A stretch of DNA of 64,000 nt from an uncultured delta proteobacterium (GTDB lineage: Bacteria; Myxococcota_A; Polyangia; Polyangiales; Polyangiaceae). Within the stretch, counting starts at the first letter, position 1; every line of letters starts with the position of its first letter. The stretch spans positions 992,001 through 1,056,000 of the forward strand of contig CAWKKR010000008.1 of assembly GCA_963850305.1 (NCBI GenBank), read 5' to 3'. Shown here piece by piece: positions 14,551-23,984 of the stretch. The position numbers and the translations under genes are program-made. Below the pieces are notes generated by a model. That model had not been told where the DNA came from and made no database searches. It saw nothing but the letters and a program-made list of their open reading frames with translations.

Positions 14551-17268
14551 ATGAAGACGGAAGCGCCGAAAAGCGCGCGCATCGTCGGGATCGATCTCGG
14601 CACGACGAACACCGTCGTCGCGTACGACGAGGGAACGAGCGTCGCCATCTTCTCCCAACCACAGCTCGTCGCGGAGGGACGTGTCGGTACGGCGCCACTG
14701 TTGCCGTCGGTGCTCTTCGCTCCGCCCGAGGGGGAACCTGCATCGGATCCGTTCGGTGATGCACCCTGGACCGTCGGCGTCCATGCGCGCGCGCGCGGGC
14801 GCGGCACACCCGGACGGTGTGTCACGTCCGCAAAGAGCTGGCTCTCGCACTCGGGCATCGATCGCCTCGCGCCGACGTTGCCATGGGGAGCGGATCCCGA
14901 CGACGAGTCGCTCCCGAGGATCTCGCCCGTCGAGGCCAGCCGTCGCATCCTGGAACACGTTCGTCGTACCTTCGACATGGCGTTCCCGGACGCGCCGCTC
15001 GTAGACGCCACGACAATCCTCACGGTGCCCGCGTCGTTCGACGAGGTGGCACGCGAGCTCACCGTGCGCGCCGCGGTCGACGCGGGTCTCTCCGTGCGCC
15101 TGCTCGAGGAACCACTGGCCGCCTTCTACGACCATCTCGCCACTCACGGCACCCGCGAGCTCGCCGCGCTCGCGACGGGTCGGGACGCGTTCGCGCTCGT
15201 GTGCGACGTCGGCGGCGGGACGACGGATCTGACGCTCATCCGCGTGCGCCCGGGCGGCTTCGATCTGGACCGGGTCGCCGTGGGACGGCACCTGCTGCTC
15301 GGGGGCGACAACATGGACCTCGCGCTCGCCCACCTCGTCGAGCCACGCATGATCGAACCACCGGCTCGACTCGATCCGGCTCTCTTCTCGGAGCTCGTGT
15401 TGGCGTGCCGCGAAGCGAAGGAACGCTTGCTCGCCGACGGCGCGCCCGGAGATGTCCCCGTTCGACTCCTCTCGCGAGGTTCACGGCTGGTCGGTGCGAC
15501 ATACGCCGCGTCGCTCGCCCGCGACGACATCGAGAGCGTCGTTCTCGACGGCTTCTTTCCCAGCGTCGACGGCTCCACCGCTCCGCCAACGTCGCGGGCG
15601 GCCCTCGTCGGATTCGGACTCCCGTACGAACGAGATCCGGCCGTGACCCGGCACGTCGCGGCGTTCCTTCGACGGCATTTGCCGGATGGCGTGGCGCCCG
15701 ATGCCGTGCTCCTGAACGGCGGCGTATTCCGTTCGGCTCGCGTCCGCGCGCGGCTGCTCGAGTCGCTGCCGACAGGGGCACATGGCAGGCCGCTCGAGCT
15801 GTCCGCACCGGATCCGGATCTCGCCGTCGCCCGCGGAGCAGTCGCGTTCGGCTCGTCCATCGTCGGCAACGGACTCCGCGTCGGCGGAGGCTCGGCGCGA
15901 GCGTACTACGTCGGGCTACGCGCGAACGACGGCGAGCGACGCGCGGTCTGCGTCGTGCCCCGTGGTGCGCGCGAAGGGGAGCGCCACGTCGTCGTCGTGC
16001 CCGGTCTCGCACTCGTCGTCGGTGAGCCGGCGCGCTTCGATCTCTTTTCGTCCGACGACGGCGCCGATGCCAGTGGCGCGATCGCCGGTGCCTCCGATGC
16101 TCTGGCTCCGCTGCCGTCGATGACGGCGTCGTTCGACGCCAGCGCGGGTGGCCGTGAAAGCCGCGTGGGCGTGCATCTCGAGGGAGAGCTCACCGCCGTC
16201 GGTACGCTGGACGTCGCGTGCGTCGAAACCGGACGGGTCGACCCGAGACGGTTTCGGCTCGCCTTCGATCTTCGTCAAAAGCCGCGCGAACCATCCCTGC
16301 GACCCGTCCCGTCGGTGCGGCCATCGAGCCCCAAGTTCGACGCCGCACGGGAGCTCGTGCTGCAGGTCTATGGCAGGGGGCGGACGGACGCGCAGCCCCG
16401 CGACGCGCGGCACCTCGTTCGCGAGCTCGAGCGGGTGCTCGGCGAGCGTGCGACGTGGACCACGGACCTCTCGCGGGGTCTTTACGACGCGCTGCTCCCC
16501 GAATCGAAGGCGCGCCGCCGCTCGTCCGAGCACGAGCGCACCTTCTGGATGCTCGCCGGCTTCTGCGCACGACCGGGCTACGGCTTTCCGGGCGACGATC
16601 GGCGCGTCGGCAAGCTCGTGCCCCTGCTCCAGGAGCTCGTCGCGTTTCCGGAGGAGGCGCGCATCTGGCAGCAGTTCTGGATCAACTGGCGACGGGTGGC
16701 AGGGGGCTTGAACAAAGCCGCACAAACAAACCTCCGGGACTGGCTCGATCCGTATCTGTCGACGGACGCGACCAAGCCAAAGAAGCGTAAGGGCTTCAAG
16801 CCGCTCGCGGAAGACGAAATGCTGGAGGTCGCGGCGTCGCTCGAGGCCGTCGAGCCGGCGCGGCGCAGTGATCTCGGGCGGTGGCTTTTGGAACGAACGT
16901 GGACGAATCGCGATCCGCGGCTCTGGCGTGCGGTCGGTCGCGTCGGCGCGCGCGTTCCAACGTACGCCAGCGCGCATCACGTGGTCCCGCCGGCGACCGT
17001 CGAGCAATGGCTCGACCACCTGCTACGCGAAAAGTGGACCGAGGTTCCGACCGCAGCAGCCGCGGCGACGCAGATGGCGAGGGTGACCGGCGATCGCACG
17101 CGCGACGTCTCGGAGGCGACGCGGATTGAGATCGCGAGACGGCTGGAGATGGCCGGCGCGCCGCCCGAGTGGCGGCGCTCGGTGCTGGAATTCGTCCCGA
17201 TCGCCGCCGTGGACCGCACGGAGTTCTTTGGCGAGTCGCTTCCCGTCGGGCTGGTACTCGACGTTTGA
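14551..17268 (+). CDS. Hsp70-family protein with C-terminal DUF3731-like extension
   Basis: Same nucleotide-binding motifs; about 300-aa C-terminal region with HER.FW..AGFC.RPGYG..GD..R, W..WRRVAGGL, GRVGARVP.Y. Confidence 0.9.
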   Translation: MKTEAPKSARIVGIDLGTTNTVVAYDEGTSVAIFSQPQLVAEGRVGTAPLLPSVLFAPPEGEPASDPFGDAPWTVGVHARARGRGTPGRCVTSAKSWLSHSGIDRLAPTLPWGADPDDESLPRISPVEASRRILEHVRRTFDMAFPDAPLVDATTILTVPASFDEVARELTVRAAVDAGLSVRLLEEPLAAFYDHLATHGTRELAALATGRDAFALVCDVGGGTTDLTLIRVRPGGFDLDRVAVGRHLLLGGDNMDLALAHLVEPRMIEPPARLDPALFSELVLACREAKERLLADGAPGDVPVRLLSRGSRLVGATYAASLARDDIESVVLDGFFPSVDGSTAPPTSRAALVGFGLPYERDPAVTRHVAAFLRRHLPDGVAPDAVLLNGGVFRSARVRARLLESLPTGAHGRPLELSAPDPDLAVARGAVAFGSSIVGNGLRVGGGSARAYYVGLRANDGERRAVCVVPRGAREGERHVVVVPGLALVVGEPARFDLFSSDDGADASGAIAGASDALAPLPSMTASFDASAGGRESRVGVHLEGELTAVGTLDVACVETGRVDPRRFRLAFDLRQKPREPSLRPVPSVRPSSPKFDAARELVLQVYGRGRTDAQPRDARHLVRELERVLGERATWTTDLSRGLYDALLPESKARRRSSEHERTFWMLAGFCARPGYGFPGDDRRVGKLVPLLQELVAFPEEARIWQQFWINWRRVAGGLNKAAQTNLRDWLDPYLSTDATKPKKRKGFKPLAEDEMLEVAASLEAVEPARRSDLGRWLLERTWTNRDPRLWRAVGRVGARVPTYASAHHVVPPATVEQWLDHLLREKWTEVPTAAAAATQMARVTGDRTRDVSEATRIEIARRLEMAGAPPEWRRSVLEFVPIAAVDRTEFFGESLPVGLVLDV

Positions 17269-17380
17269 TTGCCTGCAAGTAATGTTCGAGTAAGACGCGC
17301 GCAACGGAGGCCACTCAGGATGGGTCGACGGTCGCGCCTCGGAGCCGGCCACCTCCATGGAACGAATGCTCGGGAGAATC

Positions 17381-19591
17381 ATGAAACGACGGATCGAAAT
17401 CGCGGCCGGTGTCACGGCCCTGGTCACCGCTGTCTGCGCAGTCCGCGTCCATTCGGCGCCCCTTGCGCAGGACACGCGCACGACCGAAGCCAACATCACG
17501 CGCCTGACCACCAGCATCCTCGAACACTCGCAGTTCGCGCACCACCCGCTCGATGAAGAGCTGGCCGGCAAATTCCTCGACGGCTACCTCGACGCCCTGG
17601 ACGGCTCGCGCTCGCTCTTCTTGCAATCGGACGTGGACGAGTTCGCCAAATACCGCGCGACACTGGCGCAGGCCACTCGCAATACGGGCGACACGACCGC
17701 GGCGCGAGCCATCCTGGATCGGTATCGCGAACGACTCGGGGAGAGGGCGGCCTTCGTCTCGAGCCTACTGCGAGCGGGTCACTTCGATTTCACCGGTCAC
17801 GACCAGTATGTCCTCGATCGCGAACACGTCGCGAGGCCGGAGAATCTGGCCGCTGCCAAAGATCTGTGGCGCGAGGAGCTGCGCGCCGAATACCTGGAAC
17901 AGAAGCTCGACGGTGCTCGTCCGGAGCAGATCGTGAGCACCCTGACGCGACGCTACCAGCAGCAACTGGCGACCATGAAGGCGTTGAAAACGAACGAGGT
18001 CCTGGAGATTTATCTGAACGCGCTCGCGCATGTTTACGATCCGCACTCGGACTACCTCGGGCACGAAGAGGCCGAGAGCCTCTCGATCGCCATGAACCTC
18101 TCGCTCTTCGGCATCGGCGCGTCCCTGGAGAACGCGGACGGCTACTGCAAGGTGCGGGAAGTACTGCCGGGTGGACCGGCGGCGCGCGGCGGCGTGCTGA
18201 AGGCGGGGGACCGCATCGTCGCCGTCGCGCAGTCGGGCAAGGATCCGGTGAACATCGTGAACATGCCCCTGAGCCGCGCCGTCGATCTGATCCGCGGTCC
18301 GAAGGGTTCGACCGTGACGTTGACGGTTCTTCCAAACGGCGCCGCTGACGGATCGCTCCCCGAGAAGATTCCCCTGGTGCGAGACGAGGTGAAGCTCGAA
18401 GACCAGCGGGCGAGCGCTCGCATCATCGATTTGCCTGCTGGCAAAGGGGAGACGCTCCGGCTGGGCGTGCTCGATGTACCGTCGTTCTACGCCGCCATGG
18501 GCGACCACCGGGCGGATGCGCATAGCAGCGTGACGGCCGATGTGGCGCGCCTGCTCACGAAGCTGAACGCCGAACACGTGCGGGGGGTGGTCCTGGACCT
18601 GCGTCGCAACGGCGGCGGCTCACTCGAGGAGGCGATCAGCCTGACGGGCCTGTTCATCCACCGCGGACCCGTGGTGCAGACGCGCGGCCCCGCGGGAGAC
18701 GTGGAGGTGGACAGCGACACCGATCCCACGGAGCTCTATCAAGGCCCACTCGTGGTCCTGACGAGCCGCTTCAGTGCATCGGCGTCCGAGATCCTGACGG
18801 GAGCGTTGCAGGACTACGGTCGCGCGTTGATCGTCGGTGACTCCTCGACGTTCGGCAAAGGTACGGTGCAGAGCATCCTGCCTCTCGCTCGCGTGATGGA
18901 CGAAGGAGGTCTCGCGCATACGTTCGACCCGGGAGCGCTCAAGGTCACGATCCGGAAATTCTATCGACCCGACGGTGCCTCGACTCAGCTCCGCGGCGTC
19001 GCGTCCGACATCGTGTTGCCGTCGGCCAGTGACTTCAGCGACGTGAGCGAGTCCGCGATGAAAGATCCGCTGCCGTGGGACCATGTGGCGCCCGCGCTCC
19101 ACGAACGCTCGAACGACGTGAAGCCGTACGTCGATCTACTCCGAGAAAAGTCCAGTCGGCGGATCGCGGACGAAAAGAGCTTTGCCGACTTCGCAGCCGA
19201 CGTCGCTCGGTTGAAGAAGACCGAGGCCACGAAAGCGGTTTCGTTGAACGAAGCGGAACGCCGACAGAAACTGGCGGAAGCCGATGAGCGCCGGCGCGTG
19301 CGTGAATCGGATCGCGAAATGATGCAGTCCAAGATGCCCCGCACGTACGCGATCACCCTGGACAACGCGTCGTCTCCGGGCCTGCCCCCGCCGGTCACGG
19401 TCAAGGACAGGAAGGGCGTTGCCGCCACGACAAGCTCATCGTTGGAACCGGCGGATCTGGACGAAAGCACGCCCGAACACCCGTACGTCGACGACATCGT
19501 CCTGAACGAGACCGTGGACATCCTCGCGGACTACACGAACATGATGAACGCGCCGAACGGCGCGAGCGGTTCCTCTGCTCGAGCTCGATAA
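17381..19591 (+). CDS. prc: Tail-specific/carboxy-terminal processing protease (S41, PDZ)
   Basis: DPHSDY, PDZ region GIGASL...IRGPKGS, DLRRNGGGSL, SASASEI..GALQDYGRA, TFGKGTVQ; signal peptide. Confidence 0.9.
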   Translation: MKRRIEIAAGVTALVTAVCAVRVHSAPLAQDTRTTEANITRLTTSILEHSQFAHHPLDEELAGKFLDGYLDALDGSRSLFLQSDVDEFAKYRATLAQATRNTGDTTAARAILDRYRERLGERAAFVSSLLRAGHFDFTGHDQYVLDREHVARPENLAAAKDLWREELRAEYLEQKLDGARPEQIVSTLTRRYQQQLATMKALKTNEVLEIYLNALAHVYDPHSDYLGHEEAESLSIAMNLSLFGIGASLENADGYCKVREVLPGGPAARGGVLKAGDRIVAVAQSGKDPVNIVNMPLSRAVDLIRGPKGSTVTLTVLPNGAADGSLPEKIPLVRDEVKLEDQRASARIIDLPAGKGETLRLGVLDVPSFYAAMGDHRADAHSSVTADVARLLTKLNAEHVRGVVLDLRRNGGGSLEEAISLTGLFIHRGPVVQTRGPAGDVEVDSDTDPTELYQGPLVVLTSRFSASASEILTGALQDYGRALIVGDSSTFGKGTVQSILPLARVMDEGGLAHTFDPGALKVTIRKFYRPDGASTQLRGVASDIVLPSASDFSDVSESAMKDPLPWDHVAPALHERSNDVKPYVDLLREKSSRRIADEKSFADFAADVARLKKTEATKAVSLNEAERRQKLAEADERRRVRESDREMMQSKMPRTYAITLDNASSPGLPPPVTVKDRKGVAATTSSSLEPADLDESTPEHPYVDDIVLNETVDILADYTNMMNAPNGASGSSARAR

Positions 19592-19643
19592 GTCCACCCA
19601 CCATTCACCCACCGCTCGAAGGGGCGACGTCCCACGACGTGCT

Positions 19644-20255
19644 ATGAAATGTCGTGAAATGCCTCACGAAGCCTGGCTCATCGATCTCGACGGGACGCTT
19701 TATCATCCCCTTCCCGTGAAGGCGGCAATCGCCGCCGAACTCGTCATCGGGGGGCGTGCAGCGATCGCGATTCTGCGACAATTCCGGCACGAGCACGAGC
19801 GACTGCGGGACGACCCCGGCGATGACTCTAGCCCGTACCGCGTTCAGCTCGAGCGGACGGCGCACGCCGTCGGCGTGGGGGTGGAAGACGTGACGGCGCA
19901 CGTCTCGGAATGGATGCACGTGCGTCCGGGAAAGTGGATCCGGGTCTTCCGAAGGCGAGCCCTCCTGGCCGAGATTCGCGACTTTCGTCAGCGGGGTGGG
20001 CGGACTGCACTGGTGACGGACTATCCGGCGACGAAAAAACTCGAGGCACTGGGCGTGCCCGACCTGTTCGAGATCGTCGTCGCAAACGGAGAACCAGGCG
20101 GTCCCTCGCGGCTGAAGCCGCACCCGGAAGGGTACCTCCTGGCCGCAACGCGCCTCGGTATTTGCGCCGAAAAGTGCCTGGTCATCGGAGATCGCGCGGA
20201 CGCGGACGGCGTCGCCGCGCAGGCGGCGAAGATGGACTTTCGGCGAATCGTCTGA
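19644..20255 (+). CDS. HAD-family hydrolase
   Basis: DLDGTLY, KPHPEG, VIGDR..ADG. Confidence 0.85.
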   Translation: MKCREMPHEAWLIDLDGTLYHPLPVKAAIAAELVIGGRAAIAILRQFRHEHERLRDDPGDDSSPYRVQLERTAHAVGVGVEDVTAHVSEWMHVRPGKWIRVFRRRALLAEIRDFRQRGGRTALVTDYPATKKLEALGVPDLFEIVVANGEPGGPSRLKPHPEGYLLAATRLGICAEKCLVIGDRADADGVAAQAAKMDFRRIV

Positions 20256-20276
20256 CGCTCGTATCGACGCGACAGC

Positions 20277-22469
20277 TCACGCTGCGACGCCGCGAAGCTT
20301 CGGATTCCAGAGAGTCACGCGATTTCTGCCCTCACGCTTCGACACGTAGAGGGCCTGATCCGTGGCCTTGAACAAGGTCTCCCAGTCCGAGCCCGCGCGC
20401 GGAAATGTCGCGGCACCGATCGAGCACGTGACGGACAGCGCCCCACCCTTCACGTGGAACGTCGTGGTCTCGAGCTCCGCGCGGATGCGTTCCGCGAGGA
20501 GCTCCGCGCCCTTGGCATCGGTGTCCTCGCACACGAGCACGAATTCTTCGCCGCCGAACCGACCGACCGCGTCGATGTCCCGCTTCGTGCGACGGAGCAC
20601 GTCGGCGAAGCCCTTGATCACGACGTCGCCCACGTCGTGCCCGTGCGTGTCGTTGACCTTCTTGAAGTGGTCGATGTCGCAAACGAGGACGCTGAGCGGC
20701 TTTTCGAGCCGGAGGGCCGAGCGGAGCTTCTGCTTCCCGAGCTCGGCTATGGTGCGCTTGTTGTAGAGTCCCGTGAGGCCGTCGGTGGTGGCTAGATCTT
20801 CGAGACGTTTCACCATTCGCGCGTTCGCGAGAGACACCGCGATGTGACGAGCGAGCACTTCGAGCGTGGGCCGAACCAAGTCGCCGAACGCGGCCTTCTG
20901 ATTCGAACCGAGGACGAGCGCGCCGAGCGCGTTGTCGTGGACCAGGAGCGGCAGGACGACCAGAGACGGCATGTCCGGCGGGCGGATCCGTCGAGTGAAG
21001 ACGACCTGTCGGAGCGGATCGTAATCGCCGCGATATGGAAGCGGGTGCTTGTTGGCGACGACCATCGACACGAGCCCGTTGTTGTGGCGAAAAGTCTGCC
21101 CGACGAGCTCGCGCGCCCCTTCTCCACTCGCGGCGCAGATTTCGTGGCTTCCCTGCTGGCCCTCGCGATGAAACAACGTCACGACGGCGAAATCGAATGC
21201 CGCAAACTCCCGCGCACTGCTGACGCCCGCTTCGATGACCTCCGACTCGGTGGTCGCTGCGGCCAGTAGATCGACGGCGCGGTACAGTTTGCCTTGCTCG
21301 ATCTTCGCCCGCTCGAGCTGAACGAACACCCGCTCGTTCTCGATGGTCCTGAGCACGAACTCCGCCACGCCGGCGAGCAACCGCTGGTCCTTCTCGCCGA
21401 ATCCTTCGGGCGTCGTGCGGTCCACGACGAGGAGCCCTCGAGCTTGCCCGTGCTCCTGAACCGGAACGACGCACACTGACTCGATGGGTGGCGTGACACC
21501 GTAGAACGGGACGTGCTTCCGCGCCCTGCCGTCCGTGAGCGACACGGGTTCGTTGCTCTTCAAGGCCGCACCGAACAACCCTTCTCTCGCCCGAAAGGGT
21601 CCTCTGTCGATGGACGGGTCGTCCGTGGAAATTTCTCGGACGGTGAGCGCTTGCCCGCCCTCCGTTGCCCAGAGAAGCACGGCGCTGCGCACGGAGAGCG
21701 CCCTTCGAACGAGCCCGAGCGCGAACTCGAGCGTGGCGTGGATCTGATCGACGCTCGAGCGCAGGAGCCGATCCGGATCGCCTCGCGGCACGGACGCCAT
21801 CGGACTCGACAGAGGTTCGACCGCCGACGTGGGAGCGCCGATGAGCCGGTACGAACGAGCGTCGTCCCGCATACGCTGCATCTCGCCCTCGAGTCGGGCG
21901 CGCGACAGTCGCCGGAGCCGGGCGATCTCCGCGCGGAATACGAGCAGGTTGAGCGCCGCAAAGCCGACGATGAGCGCCGCGTGAGGGAGCAACTCGGTCG
22001 CGGGGCGGGACAGCGCGTAGCGATCCAGCGCCCACTCGAGCGCGATTGCGAACGCGACGGTTCCAGCGGCAGCCCACGCCCGGGCGAACGCGGCGGCGAG
22101 CATCACGAGCGAGTACACGGCGGGGTAGTACGGGCCGCCCAGCGAATCCGGGGCGCAGAGGACGGCCGCGTAGGTCAAGACAGTGAGATGAGTGAATAGC
22201 TCGAGGTCCAGGCGCGCCGTGTCGCGCGGCAAGATCCGGCGCAAGCGCCGGACCGCGCGAGCACCGAGCGATACGAGGAACAACCCGGACAGCACGAGAA
22301 CCCACGGGGGCGACGCGGAGCCCGCAAAGACGTAAACGAGACAGGCGCCGAAGCCGAGTGCCGTCAGGGTACCTGCGCCGCGAGCCACGAGCTGCTGCAA
22401 CGTCAGCGCTGCGCGGACGAGCGGGTCCATCCAATCGGGCCGTAACAGAGCCTGTTCGTCACGGCCCAC
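20277..22469 (-). CDS. Membrane-anchored GAF-GAF-GGDEF diguanylate cyclase
   Basis: N-terminal TM helices, two GAF-like regions, TDGLTGL.N, DIDHFKKVND..GH..GD, RDID I-site, GGEEF. Confidence 0.9.
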   Translation of the reverse strand: MGRDEQALLRPDWMDPLVRAALTLQQLVARGAGTLTALGFGACLVYVFAGSASPPWVLVLSGLFLVSLGARAVRRLRRILPRDTARLDLELFTHLTVLTYAAVLCAPDSLGGPYYPAVYSLVMLAAAFARAWAAAGTVAFAIALEWALDRYALSRPATELLPHAALIVGFAALNLLVFRAEIARLRRLSRARLEGEMQRMRDDARSYRLIGAPTSAVEPLSSPMASVPRGDPDRLLRSSVDQIHATLEFALGLVRRALSVRSAVLLWATEGGQALTVREISTDDPSIDRGPFRAREGLFGAALKSNEPVSLTDGRARKHVPFYGVTPPIESVCVVPVQEHGQARGLLVVDRTTPEGFGEKDQRLLAGVAEFVLRTIENERVFVQLERAKIEQGKLYRAVDLLAAATTESEVIEAGVSSAREFAAFDFAVVTLFHREGQQGSHEICAASGEGARELVGQTFRHNNGLVSMVVANKHPLPYRGDYDPLRQVVFTRRIRPPDMPSLVVLPLLVHDNALGALVLGSNQKAAFGDLVRPTLEVLARHIAVSLANARMVKRLEDLATTDGLTGLYNKRTIAELGKQKLRSALRLEKPLSVLVCDIDHFKKVNDTHGHDVGDVVIKGFADVLRRTKRDIDAVGRFGGEEFVLVCEDTDAKGAELLAERIRAELETTTFHVKGGALSVTCSIGAATFPRAGSDWETLFKATDQALYVSKREGRNRVTLWNPKLRGVAA

Positions 22470-22507
22470 TTTCCGGAATGCCGCCGATGTGGGACACGTG
22501 ACGAGGA

Positions 22508-23956
22508 GTGCGCCCGGGTCTACGGCTCCAGATTCTGTTGCTCCTCGGCGGTCTGTTGCTGGCCGCGTTTCTGCCCCTATTTTTCGCCGTGTCCACGTAC
22601 ACGCGGTTCACGCTTCGTGAAGTGCGGGCGACGTCCGCGCGGGCCCTCGGCCGCGCGATCGCCGGTCAGGTGTCGGAGGCCCGCGCGCGACGCCCTGCAC
22701 GCGAGCTGGCCCCGTTGCTCGCCGCGCATCTCGGTCCGACGGGCGTGGAGGCCCTCGAGCTCCTCGACGGGTCGGGAAACGTGGTGACACGGGTCGGCGA
22801 TGCGGCAGCGCTCTCCTCGATGGAGCGCGTCGACCCTCGACGAGAAGCGATCCAGCATCTCGAGACCGCTCGCGGGCGGGCCATCGCGGTGGTCGTTCCC
22901 GACTCGCAAGGGGCCGTCGTCGCGGTACTCCGCACGGACGAGGAGTCGACACGTGTCGAACCGCTCGTACGCCTCTCCGGGCTCTACATGGGGCTCGTCG
23001 CTCTCGCCTTGCTGGTGGTGTCGTACTTCGCCCTGACGTGGATCATCGTGGGACCCCTCGACGATCTGTCGCGCGCTGCGCAACGCGTCGCAACGGGCGC
23101 TCGACGGCTCGAAGTACCGAAGAGCGGAGCGCGAGAGCTCGTCGAGCTCGGTACGAGCCTCCAAACGATGACCGAACGACTCTTGAACGAAGAAGAGGCG
23201 CTCAGAACCAAGATCGACGAGGTCGAGCGAGCAACGGCGAGCCTCCGGGAAACCCAGGACCGCCTCGTCCGTTCCGAACAGCTCGCATCCGTGGGGCGGC
23301 TCGCAGCCGGTCTCGCGCACGAGGTCGGTAATCCCATCGCCGCGATCCTGGGAATGCAGGACCTGCTGCTGGAGGGCGGCCTGTCGGAATCGGAGACGCG
23401 CGACTTCCTCGTCCGGATGCACGGCGAGACGGAACGGATCAACAAGATCCTCAGGGATCTGCTGGATTTCGCGCGACCCTCGGCGAAGAAGATCGACGCG
23501 ATGGAATCCGGCAGCATCGAGGCCGCCGTGCGCGACACCATCGCGCTCGTGGCTCCGCAGAGGTCCCTTCGCGACGTCGCTCTTGCCGCGGATCTTCCTC
23601 CGGCATTGCCGAACGTGACGCTGTCGCGCGAACATCTGGTGCAGGTGTTGCTCAATCTCATCCTGAACGCCGCCGATGCCTGTGGCGCGGGAGGCCACGT
23701 CGCCGTGCGCGCGACGGTCACCGGAAGCAACGTGCGCGTGGTTGTCGAGGACGACGGCCCGGGCGTCCCGGTCGAAGTCCAGAGTCGCCTGTTCGAACCG
23801 TTCGTGACCACCAAGGAGGTCGGAAAGGGCACCGGGCTGGGACTCGCAGTCTGCCGCGGTCTGGTCGAGGGCGCGGGCGGCGCCATCGCGCTGGACGCGG
23901 GTTATTCCGGCGGCGCGAGATTCGTGATGGACCTGCCGCGCGCCGCGGACTCGTGA
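22508..23956 (+). CDS. HAMP-domain sensor histidine kinase
   Basis: Two TM helices, HAMP, AHEVGNP H-box, NLILNA, DDGPG, FEPFVTTK..GKGTGLGL. Confidence 0.9.
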   Translation: MRPGLRLQILLLLGGLLLAAFLPLFFAVSTYTRFTLREVRATSARALGRAIAGQVSEARARRPARELAPLLAAHLGPTGVEALELLDGSGNVVTRVGDAAALSSMERVDPRREAIQHLETARGRAIAVVVPDSQGAVVAVLRTDEESTRVEPLVRLSGLYMGLVALALLVVSYFALTWIIVGPLDDLSRAAQRVATGARRLEVPKSGARELVELGTSLQTMTERLLNEEEALRTKIDEVERATASLRETQDRLVRSEQLASVGRLAAGLAHEVGNPIAAILGMQDLLLEGGLSESETRDFLVRMHGETERINKILRDLLDFARPSAKKIDAMESGSIEAAVRDTIALVAPQRSLRDVALAADLPPALPNVTLSREHLVQVLLNLILNAADACGAGGHVAVRATVTGSNVRVVVEDDGPGVPVEVQSRLFEPFVTTKEVGKGTGLGLAVCRGLVEGAGGAIALDAGYSGGARFVMDLPRAADS

Positions 23957-23984
23957 CGGACTGGTCGTTCCCGCGGACCTCGGT

